Origin: Macrostomum hystrix
Taxonomy: Eukaryota > Animalia > Platyhelminthes
Length of the DNA stretch: 64,000 bases
Reading direction: 5' to 3'
Assembly: GCA_950097015.1 (NCBI GenBank)
Contig: CATNEN010000039.1
Coordinates: 16,988,001-17,052,000, forward strand
Positions 1-9,464 of the stretch are shown here, piece after piece (position 1 is the first letter of the stretch; each line of letters opens with the position of its first letter). The translations under genes and the position numbers were made by a program. The notes under the pieces were generated by a model that was not told the DNA's origin, made no database searches, and saw nothing but the letters and a program-made list of their open reading frames with translations.

Positions 1-1290
1 CTACATCATTTCCAAACGTCCCTGTTCGCGGACGATACTACCCTGATAGGAAATCGCGACGAACTAAGGGAAGGCCTGGAGATCACAAAAAGATGTATGT
101 TAGATTTTGAGGAGAAGACGAACGACGCTAAGGAGGAGATCATGAGACTGGGAACGGAGGAAGGCGGCAACATCAGAATGTTAGGCAGCTGGACGGACAG
201 GAAACGCGACATGAAAGAACGGACTCAGAGAGCCATGAAGAGTTGGCAAGCAATCAAGAAACGGTTCTGCAGATGCAAACTGACCAAGAAAACGCAAGCC
301 AAAGTGGTAGAGGCATGTATTGAGAGTGTGCTTCTCTTCCACGCAAACGTGCGCCCGTTCCACATTTCGGAGATGAAAGCGCTGCAAAGGAGCGTAGATA
401 AGATATACCGCTACATATGGAGCGCAAAGGAAATGGAGCCCCTACGCGAGATGGAACAGCGCGGATACAACATGCAAGACATCAGGACCGAACTCAATGT
501 AGGGACGATCAGAATGAAGATCGAAAAAGCCCATCTGATACGAATGGGACACGTCCTCAGGATGCCCGACGACCGACAGACCAAGAGGGCGGTCTTGGGT
601 TGGTTCAAGGGCCTGGAACACCTACCGAAACCCAGGAGAAGGAAAAATTACACCATAAATTTCTGGAGAAAACTCGCGAAGGAAGGGGGACTTGAACCGA
701 CAGAAGTCGAACGTCTCGCCAAAGACAGGAAAAAATGGAAGAGCTGGGTGGCCGAGAGGATCCGACACATTGAGAAGTGGGATCACAGCCAAGGAAAACG
801 GAGCACCGGCCCCCCACCGGAAAGCCGGTGTGCCCCGAGGAGAGAAGAGTCGAAGACCAGCGGATTCCAATGCGAGTATGAAGGCTGTGGCAGAATTTGT
901 AAATCGAAGGCAGGACGCGCGATACATCAAAAAAGGATGCACACACGACCGGTATCCCCGGTAAGGTTCACGTGCCCAAGATGCGCGGAATCTTTCCTAC
1001 AAGAAGCCACAAGCAAGAACCACATGAAAGTGTGCAGAGGAGAGAAAGAAACATCAGATGGTAAAATGGAATGTACTAGCTGCAACAGAGAAATATCGAA
1101 GTCGAACATGGCTCGCCACAGACGAGCCTGCAAGAACCCGATGGGACAAACGGCCGGGACACAGGCACAACCCGACAACGGAGTGGTGGCACGCAAGCAC
1201 ATCAGGAAGAGGAAGGACTGTGACAGGTGCGGCAGGAACCTAACGGCCACTAACATGGCCAGGCATCAGCGCACATGCACAGGAAATTGA
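1..1290 (+). CDS. LINE ORF2 C-terminus: end of reverse transcriptase plus four zinc fingers (1 C2H2, 3 C2HC)
   Basis: CEYEGC..HQKRMH, CPRC..HMKVC, CTSC..HRRAC, CDRC..HQRTC; stop TGA at 1288-1290. Confidence 0.85.
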   Translation, partial: LHHFQTSLFADDTTLIGNRDELREGLEITKRCMLDFEEKTNDAKEEIMRLGTEEGGNIRMLGSWTDRKRDMKERTQRAMKSWQAIKKRFCRCKLTKKTQAKVVEACIESVLLFHANVRPFHISEMKALQRSVDKIYRYIWSAKEMEPLREMEQRGYNMQDIRTELNVGTIRMKIEKAHLIRMGHVLRMPDDRQTKRAVLGWFKGLEHLPKPRRRKNYTINFWRKLAKEGGLEPTEVERLAKDRKKWKSWVAERIRHIEKWDHSQGKRSTGPPPESRCAPRREESKTSGFQCEYEGCGRICKSKAGRAIHQKRMHTRPVSPVRFTCPRCAESFLQEATSKNHMKVCRGEKETSDGKMECTSCNREISKSNMARHRRACKNPMGQTAGTQAQPDNGVVARKHIRKRKDCDRCGRNLTATNMARHQRTCTGN

Positions 1291-1350
1291 CAGGTTCTCC
1301 AGGGCCCCATACCTCACGGTGACAAAGGGCGAAAGAAGAAGAAGAAGAAG
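1..1350 (+). mobile_element. Non-LTR retrotransposon (RTE-like LINE), 3' part, truncated by window start
   Basis: Frame reads ...SLFADDTTLIG (RT FADD motif, nt ~22-52) into ORF 97-1290, with the post-RT segment GHVLRMPDDRQTKRAVLG and C-terminal zinc fingers. Short 3' UTR, then a GAA-repeat tail at 1331-1350. Confidence 0.9.
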
Positions 1351-1422
1351 TACACACCTGTGTGAGCGTGTGCTTGCGTACAGTATCTGTGTGCGTGTGT
1401 GCTCAGGAGTCAGCGAAATGGG
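1351..1422 (+). mobile_element. 3' fragment of a plus-strand SINE copy, interrupted by the LINE
   Basis: 1351-1373 is the reverse complement (22/23) of 1430-1452. GTGTGTGCTCAGGAGTCAGCGAAATGG is the reverse complement of the SINE segment at ~6566-6592. Confidence 0.6.
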
Positions 1423-1429
1423 CAGAATT

Positions 1430-1660
1430 GCACACGCTCACATAGGTGTGTACATCTGCCCTGACTTTCTCATCGTCAGGCAGTGTACACTTCACTGTGC
1501 CTTGGAGGTTGGCCCTCAAGGGCGTAAATTGCACGACAAGCCCCCAAGCCTTCTCTCCGCGGCTGCGCCCCAAATGAATGTGGCCTCGCCGCGGAATCGA
1601 ACTTAGGGTTCGTGGTGCGAGAGGCAAACGCGTTAACCGCTCTGCCACCGACCCACCCGC
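1430..1660 (-). mobile_element. tRNA-derived SINE
   Basis: Minus strand starts GGGTGGGTCGGTGGCAGAGCGGTTAACGCG (A box) ... AGTTCGATTCCGCGG (B box). The body recurs at ~6566-6757 and ~45562-45655. Confidence 0.8.
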
Positions 1661-1919
1661 AGCCCTCTTGCAATTATATACTACTAGCTTTTTTGCCCGT
1701 TGTTTTTGGGGCAGAAATTTAAAGCAAAGCAGTAAGCAATTCACGTCTCTGTATTAACTTTATAGTGAAGGTCACCATTTATTTATTTACTGCATTAATG
1801 AAAAGTGAAGAGTTTGTTTAAGGGCGTTTTAAGTAAAAAATAAGTGAAAAGTTTGTCCAAACAGCCCCCTCTTGATTACTTCTTTAGAAACATGTCTCTT
1901 AGCCACTCCTCTATACAGT

Positions 1920-2192
1920 CAGTGGCAGATCCAGGAATTTTGTTTTGGGGCGGTCTGTCAGGGGAGCGCCATGAGAATCACAGAGGGGGTGCCAGCGGCC
2001 GAAAAAGGGCGCCAGGAGCCAAGAAAGGGCGCCAGCGGCTGAAAAACGGGAGCCAGCGGCTGAAAAAGGGGCGCCAGCGGCCGAAAAGGGGCGCCAGTGC
2101 TGCGACTGGCGACCCTGGTGGGGGCATCTTATTCCCATGATTAAAATTTAGGGGGGCGACTGCCCCCCCCGCCCCCCCTAAATCTGCCTCTG
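1920..2192. mobile_element. hAT-family MITE nested in the Helitron
   Basis: TIRs CAGTGGCAGAT / ATCTGCCTCTG; 8-bp TSD TATACAGT at 1912-1919 and 2193-2200; internal ~21-bp GC-rich repeats. Confidence 0.88.
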
Positions 2193-2344
2193 TATACAGT
2201 ATGCATGTACACGCGTATGCATAAGGAAAATAGCCATGGCATAACAATAACAATGTCAAAGAAACAAAATTAAACTGTTTCAGAGTTCAGAGTTAGACAG
2301 GTCAAGGTCAATTCGTGACTACTTTTCTATTAATTGCTTGCGAG

Positions 2345-2960
2345 TCACCTCAAGGCCTGGGGATACACCACATTCTTCGTTCTTCCCCTTGGTGCGAAAA
2401 TGAATAGGCCAGCTGGAGTTCCAACACGGGAGCAGGCGACATAAAGCTGCCCATGCGAGAAGCAAGGAGTCTCCAGGTTGATGCCAGCCACCTTCAGCGA
2501 CTGTCCCTGAGCCTTGTTAATAGTCATCGCAAAGCACACTCTCACAGGGAACTGCAGTCGCTTGAACTGAAATGGCAGGTCCGTGGGGATAATTGGAATC
2601 CGGGGAACGAACACAGACTCTCCTCTGCCAGATCCAGTCATTATCGTGGCCTCAATCACGTGTGGGAAGAGCCGCCTGACTATCAGTCTGGTGCCGTTAC
2701 ACAGCCTTGGCGCATTCAGGTTGCGGAGGAGCATAATTGGTGCCCCAACTTTCAGCTGCAAGTTGTGCGATGGAGTTCCAGGAGGATCTAGAGAGTTCAG
2801 AAACTCAACAGGATACTCCACAGCGGTGTCATCAGTCAACGTTGTATCAATTGACTTGTAGGTGAAAACTGCACCTGGCAACTCCTGAAGCAGTTGGTAG
2901 TTAATTTCGTTGGTGGCATCATTTCTAGGACACAGAATTGCCCTCTCTGACAGCCCGGGC
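2345..2960 (-). pseudogene. Helitron RepHel PIF1-family helicase, C-terminal fragment
   Basis: ERAILCPRN, LKVGAPIMLLRNLN..LCNGTRL, RLQFPVRVCFAMTINKAQGQSL, FSHGQLYVACSRV. Rep domain and N-terminal helicase motifs are absent. Confidence 0.92.
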
Positions 2961-3428
2961 TTCGGCGCCCGGGGAAGGGAGGGGGTGGCTGTAATAAAAT
3001 TTGGCCCGCAGAGTGGCGGAGGGGAGTTGGGGTGGCTGTCCTCGGAAAACAAAAAGTGACTCACTTTGAGATGATGCAGCTTTGCTCTGGATTGAGTAGA
3101 GATGTTCAAAATTGACAGCATTGTTGGAAAACATGTAAAGTGTAAGTGGATCAAATTTGGAGAAAATCTGACAAAGTGGGGCGACGATATGTCGAATTGA
3201 GTGATTTTTTGACGATTTTTGAGCAGTTTTTTGCACTTTTGAGCAGGAAGGAAATGATTTTTCGGGAATTTGAGTAGCCTATTGCACTCAGCGTAGGTGG
3301 TTTTAGGTATGTGCAAAGTTTGGTGCGATTTGGTTGAGCGGTTTCGGCGTCTATAAAGACAAAAGGTTGCACACAGACAGACAGAGTTTTCACTTTTATA
3401 TATATAGATTACTATTATTAAAATTCAG

Positions 3429-3637
3429 GTGACATGACTGCTCACCTGGCTACAACTGTTACAAGCTTCCCGATTCGAACCCTGGAAGACCTGATCGCTC
3501 ATCCTGAGTACAAAGTGGTGGTCACCAAGGGCACTAATCTTGAGTCCAGCATACTCATGGCTACGGAAGGGCCGTTTGTTAAGGTGAGAAGCATGCTCAC
3601 TACTCCGGCTGAGACTCAGGAGGAATGCGCCAGGATT
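3429..3637 (+). CDS. Divergent ionotropic glutamate receptor (IR-like), exon: end of M3 and start of S2
   Basis: ttcag|GT GAC ATG: (G)DMTAHLATTVTSFPIRTLEDL resembles the iGluR M3-S2 linker (ANLAAFL..PI.SLEDL); donor GTGAGT at 3638. Confidence 0.8.
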
Positions 3638-3699
3638 GTGAGTAGCTCTTGATCCTGATTATCCATGATCTCTATGTCTCATGATTCCCAATGTGTCCA

Positions 3700-4980
3700 T
3701 GATATCCCCATTCTCCAAGATCCCCATTCTCCTGGATCCCCATTCTCCAATATCCCCATTCTCCAAGATCCCCATTCTCCAAGATCCCTATTCTCCAAGA
3801 TCCGCATTCTCCTGGATCCCCATTCTCCAAGATCCCCATTCTCGAATATCCCCATTCTCGAATATCCCCAGTCTCGAATATCCCCATTCTTGAATATCCC
3901 CAATCTCGAATATCCTCATTCTCGAATATCCCCATTCTCCAATATCCCCATTCTCCAATATCCACATTCTCCAAGATCCTCAATTTTCCAATTTCACTCA
4001 CTCACTCATTTCCAAGATATTTTCCAATATCCCCATTCTCCAATATCCCCATTCTCCAAGATCCCCATTCTCCAAGATCCCTATTCTCCAATATCCCCAT
4101 TCTCCAATATCCCCATTCTCCAATATCCCCATTCTCCAATATCCACATTCTCCAATATCCCCATTCTCCAAGATCCACATTCTCCAATATCCCCATTCTC
4201 CAATATCCACATTCTCCAAGATCCTCAATTTTCCAATTTCACTCACTCATTTCCAAGATATTTTCCAATATCCCCATTCTCCAAGATCCCCATTCTCCAA
4301 GATTCACATTCTCCAATATCCCCATTCTCCAAGATTCACATTCTCCAATATCCCCATTCTCCAATATCCCCATTCTCCAATATCCCCATTCTCCAATATC
4401 CCCATTCTCCAATATCCCCATTCTCCAATATCCCCATTCTCCAATATCCCCATTCTCCAAGATCCCTATTCTACAAGATCCACATTTTCCTGGATCCCCA
4501 TTCTACAAGATCCGCATTCTCCTGGATCCCCATTCTCCAAGATCCCCATTCTCCAAGATCCCCATTCTCCTGGATCCCCATTCTCCAAGATTCACATTCT
4601 CCAAGATCCCCATTCTCCAATATCCCCATTCTCCAAGATCCGCCGATTCTCGAATATCCCCATTCTCGAATATCCCCATTCTCGAATATCCCCATTCTCG
4701 AATATCCCCATTCTCGAATATCCCCATTCTCGAATATCCCCATTCTCGAATATCCCCATTCTCGAATATCCCCATTCTCGAATATCCCCATTCTCGAATA
4801 TCCCCATTCTCGAATATCCCCATTCTCGAATATCCCCATTCTCGAATATCCCCATTCTCGAATATCCCCATTCTCGAATATCCCCATTCTCGAATATCCC
4901 CATTCTCGAATATCCCCATTCTCGAATATCCCCATTCTCGAATATCCCCATTCTCCAATATCCCCATTCTCCAAGATCCC
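3700..4980. repeat. 16-bp minisatellite (CCCCATTCTCCAATAT / CCCCATTCTCGAATAT)
   Basis: Direct inspection; a homogeneous CTCGAA variant block occupies ~4647-4950. Confidence 0.95.
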
Positions 4981-5171
4981 AAACGCTCCAAGTCTCCCAA
5001 TTCCATATGAAAAAAATCAGTAATCAGTTCCGACTTCATTATTTATAGCTTAATCTTTATCCATTGGATCTCTACCAAGATTTCTTAGCAAAATATTTCT
5101 CATGATTAACAAATAATAATATCTTTTCTATAATTTTGTAAATAACTGATTAACCTTTGCGAATTCAACAG

Positions 5172-5344
5172 CTGCTGCGATCTTCAGAAACGAATATCGT
5201 CTGCATCGCGGACACACTGTCCAATGTATACTTTGCGCACGAGTACTGCCAGCATCTCTACTTGGCTGAGGACAGGTTCAACTTCTTCTTCATCAGCATG
5301 GCACTGCCGAAGGACGCCTACTATCTGCCTGCCTTCAATCTGCT
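5172..5344 (+). CDS. IR-like receptor exon (S2)
   Basis: caacag|CTG: LLRSSETNIVCIAD...YCQHLYLAEDRFNFFFISMALPKDAYYLPAFN; phase-compatible; donor GTGAGC at 5345. Confidence 0.8.
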
Positions 5345-5352
5345 GTGAGCTC

Positions 5353-6168
5353 CACACACTCACTCACTCACTCACTCACTCACTCACTTAAATTCACTTA
5401 CTCACACACTCACTCACTCACTCACTCACTCACTCACTCACTCACTCACTCACTCACTCACTCACTCACTCACTCACCCACTCACTCACTCACTCACTCA
5501 CTCACTCACTCACTCACTCACTCACTCACCCACTCACTCACTCACTCACTCACCCACTCACTCACTCACTCACCCACTCACTCACTCACTCACTCACTCA
5601 CCCACTCACTCACTCACTCACTCACTCACTCACTCACTCACTCAATCTCTCACTCACCCACTCACTCACTCACCCACACACTCACTCACTCACCCACTCA
5701 CTCACTCACTCACTCACTCACTCAATCTCTCACTCACCCACTCACTCACTCACCCACACACTCACTCACTCACCCACTCACTCACTCACTCACTCACTCA
5801 CTCACTCACCCACTCACTCACTCACTCAATCTCTCACTCACTCACTCACTCACTCACTCACTCACTCACTCACTCACTCACTCACTCACTCAATCTCTCA
5901 CTCACCCACTCACTCACTCACCCACACACTCACTCACTCACTCACTCACCCACTCACTCACTCACTCAATCTCTCACTCACTCACCCACTCACTCACTCA
6001 CTCACTCACTCACTCACTCACTCACTCACTCACCCACTCACTCACTCACTCACTCACTCACTCACTCACTCACTCACTCACTCACTCACTCACTCACTTA
6101 CTCACTCACTCACTCACTCACTCACTCACTCACTCACTCACTCACTCACTCACTCACTCACTCACTCA
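5353..6168. repeat. (CACT)n microsatellite
   Basis: Direct inspection; starts a few bases after the splice donor. Confidence 0.97.
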
Positions 6169-6565
6169 GTGAAAGCTGGTTGTTTTAGACTACTTAAGTC
6201 AGACAGGTGAGCACAGAGCTTTCTTCACTTCTGTTCGGTGATCGATAGATCGATACCAGTCTTTCAGTTCCTGGTATTCCTTTGATAAAAAGCATTATTT
6301 GTACTCGTAGAATGACAATTTTTTCGATATCAAAGACATGCTGAATGACGAAAAGAACTTATTTTCAATGCTTGCTGCTTCCGAGAGTCATCAAAGTATC
6401 GACACAAAAATTGAGCTGTTTTTGATCAACAGAAATATTCTTTGATTTAGTCCAAAGTACAAAGTCTTTCAATTAACAAATTCGATAAAAACCCGATTGA
6501 TTGGGCAATTATTATCAACCCATGGACAACCTGCCGATTTCCCACGTTAACTTAAGCAATTCCAA

Positions 6566-6757
6566 CCATTTCGCTGACTCCTGAGCACACACTGACATAG
6601 GTGGGTATATCTGACCTGACTTACTCATCGTCAGGCAGTGAACACTGTGCCTTAAATGTTGGCCCTCAATAATGTAAATTGCAGGACAAGCCCCCAAGCC
6701 TTTTCTCCGCGGCTGCGCCACAAACGAATGTGGCCTCGCCGCGAAATCGAACTCAGG
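6566..6757 (-). mobile_element. Degenerate copy of the tRNA-derived SINE
   Basis: Shares CTCATCGTCAGGCAGTG, GACAAGCCCCCAAGCC and GAATGTGGCCTCGCCGCG with 1430-1660. Confidence 0.8.
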
Positions 6758-6809
6758 AAATCGAGCTTAGAACACAAAAACCTTCTGGCTGCCAATCTTC
6801 AGTCTACTT

Positions 6810-8917
6810 ACCTTCAGGACAAAAAACCCCAGGACAAAACCCCAGGACAAAACCTTCATGACACAAACCTTCATGACATAAACCTTCAGGACATAAACCT
6901 TCAGGGCACAAATTCAGGATAAAAGACCCCAGGACAAAACCTTCAGGACACAAACCTTCAGGACACAAACCTTCAAGACACAAACCTTCATGACGCAAAC
7001 CTTTAGGACAAAACTTTCAATGACGCAAACCTACAGGACACAAACCTTCAGGACACAAACCTTCAGGACACAAACCTTCAGGACACAAACCTTCAGGACA
7101 CAAAGCATCATGACGCAAACCTTTAGGACAAAACTTTCAATGACGCAAACCTACAGGACACAAACCTTCAGGACACAAACCTTCATGACGCAAACCTTCA
7201 GGACAAAACTTTCAATGACGCGAAGCTTCAGGAAACAAACCTTAAGGACACAAACCTTCATGACACAAACCTTCAGGACACAAACCTTCAGGACACAAAC
7301 CTTCATGACGCAAACCTTCAGGACAAAACTTTCAATGACGCAAACCTACAGGACACAAACCTTCAGGACACAAACCTTCAGGACACAAACCTTCAGGACA
7401 TAAACCTTCATGACGCAAACCTTTAGGACAAAACTTTCAATGACGCAAACCTACAGGACACAAACCTTCAGGACACAAACCTTCAGGACACAAACCTTCA
7501 GGACACAAACCTTCAGGACATAAACCTTCATGACGCAAACCTTTAGGACAAAACTTTCAATGACGCAAACCTACAGGACACAAACCTTCAGGACACAAAC
7601 CTTCAGGACACAAACCTTCAGGACACAAACCTTCAGGACGCAAACCTTCATGTCACAAACCTTCATGACGCAAACCTTTAGGACAAAACTTTCAATGACG
7701 CAAACCTACAGGACACAAACCTTCAGGACACAAACCTTCATGACACAAACCTTCATGACACAAACCTTCAGGACACAAACCTTCAGAACGCAAACCTTCA
7801 TGACACAAACCTTCAGGACACAAACCTTCATGTCACAAACCTTCATGACACAAACCTTCAGGACAGAAACCTTCAGGACGCAAACCTTCAGGACGCAAAC
7901 CTTCAGGACAAAACTTTCAATGACGCAAACCTTCAGGACACAAACCTTCAGGACACAAACCTTCAGGACACAAACCTTCAGGACGCAAACCTTCAGGACA
8001 AAACTTTCAATGACGCGAAGCTTCAGGAAACAAACCTTAAGGACACAAACCTTCATGACACAAACCTTCATGACACAAACCTTCAGGACGCAAACCTTCA
8101 TGTCACAAACCTTCATGACACAAACCTTAAGGACACAAACCTTCATGACACAAACCTTCATGACACAAACCTTCAGGACACAAACCTTCAGAACGCAAAC
8201 CTTCATGACACAAACCTTCAGGACAGAAACCTTCAGGACGCAAACCTTCAGGACGCAAACCTTCAGGACAAAACTTTCAATGACGCAAGCTTCAGGAAAC
8301 AAACCTTAAGGACACAAACCTTCATGACACAAATCTTCATGACACAAACCTTCAGGACACAAACCTTCAGGACGCAAACCTTCAGGACAAAACTTTCAAT
8401 GAAGCAAGCTTCAGGAAACAAACCTTAAGGACAAAAACCTTCAGGACACAAACCTTCAGGATGCAAACCTTCAGGACGCAAACCTTCAGGACAAAACTTT
8501 CAATGACACAAAGCTTTAGGACACAAACCTTCAGGAAACAAACCTTAAGGACACAAACCTTCAGGACGCAAACCTTCATGTCACAAACCTTCATGACACA
8601 AACCTTCAGGACACAAACCTTCATGTCACAAACCTTCATGACACAAACCTTCAGGACAGAAACCTTCAGGACGCAAACCTTCAGGACGCAAACCTTCAGG
8701 ACAGAAACCTTCAGGACGCAAACCTTCAGGACGCAAACCTTCAGGACGCAAACCTTCAGGACGCAAACCTTCAGGACGCAAACCTTCAGGACAGAAACCT
8801 TCAGGACGCAAACCTTCAGGACGCAAACCTTCAGGACAAAACTTTCAATCAAACACAACCATCAGGACACAAACCTTCAGGACACAAACCTTCATGACAC
8901 AAACCTTCAGGACACAC
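6810..8917. repeat. 15-bp minisatellite (ACACAAACCTTCAGG)
   Basis: Direct inspection; produces the TQTFR-repeat ORFs. Confidence 0.95.
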
Positions 8918-8951
8918 AGTCGAATACCTGTCTTCATATCTCTCTTCGCAG

Positions 8952-9195
8952 GCTGCAGAGAGCTCGAGAGACTGGCATTGCCAAGTGGCTGCGCGAGAAG
9001 TACTACCCCGAGGTGAACTACGAGTGCTCCGGCATCGGAGTCACTGCCGAAGCCGCTTCCATCACGCTGGACTCTGTGGCCGGGGCTTGCATAGCAACAG
9101 CGGCCCTGTACGGATGCGGCCTGGCAATACTAGCGATAGAGATTGTCTGGACTCGGCTGATGAAGCGAGAAGCACTTGACTGCACCTACTACTAG
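8952..9195 (+). CDS. IR-like receptor terminal exon (end of S2, M4, short C-tail)
   Basis: cttcgcag|G: LQRARETGIAKWLREKY..C..ITLDSVAG..LAILAIEIVW, then stop TAG; phase 2 matches the previous exon. Confidence 0.82.
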
Positions 9196-9464
9196 AAGAT
9201 GGATGATGGAAACTGCGGTAGACGGAGGATGGAAACTGCGGTAGACGGAGGATGGAAACTGCGGTAGATGGAGGCGGAAAGCCTGTTTTGCTTTAAAATA
9301 TTCTAATTGCGCTTTGAACGCCATTTTATAGGCTTTTATGCGGATTTAAGGCAAACGCAAATTGTGTTACAATATATTCAGTTCAGTTTCATTTTAAACT
9401 CTTATAAAATTTGTTATATTGGATCTTCTATTCATATTCATGAATTGGAATCATGACTATAGTT

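Larger units (their letters stand above)
1684..3408 (-). mobile_element. Internally deleted Helitron carrying a PIF1 helicase C-terminal fragment
   Basis: Minus strand 5' end A|TCTATATATATAAAAG..CTGTCTGT at 3408. 3' end is a GCCC-N10-GGGC hairpin then AAAAAAGCTAG|T at 1684. A/T insertion site, no TSD, internal helicase coding sequence. Confidence 0.85.

Noticed and set aside
1460-1485. Hammerhead ribozyme core (CTGACGA..GAAA..GTC) in the SINE
   Set aside because: No stem II between CTGACGA and GAAA, and CTGAC pairs with GTCAG as a simple hairpin; the second copy has GTAA instead of GAAA.
1590-1660. Functional tRNA gene
   Set aside because: A and B boxes are present, but acceptor and T stems do not pair properly, and it continues into a repeated SINE body.
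2961-3316. N-terminal extension of the 323-aa Helitron ORF
   Set aside because: In-frame read-through of non-coding Helitron 5' terminal sequence created by the internal deletion; no Rep motifs.
3665-8858. Long repetitive ORFs (PILQYPHS, THSL, TQTFR)
   Set aside because: Intronic tandem repeats; the real exons are bounded by phase-consistent splice sites.
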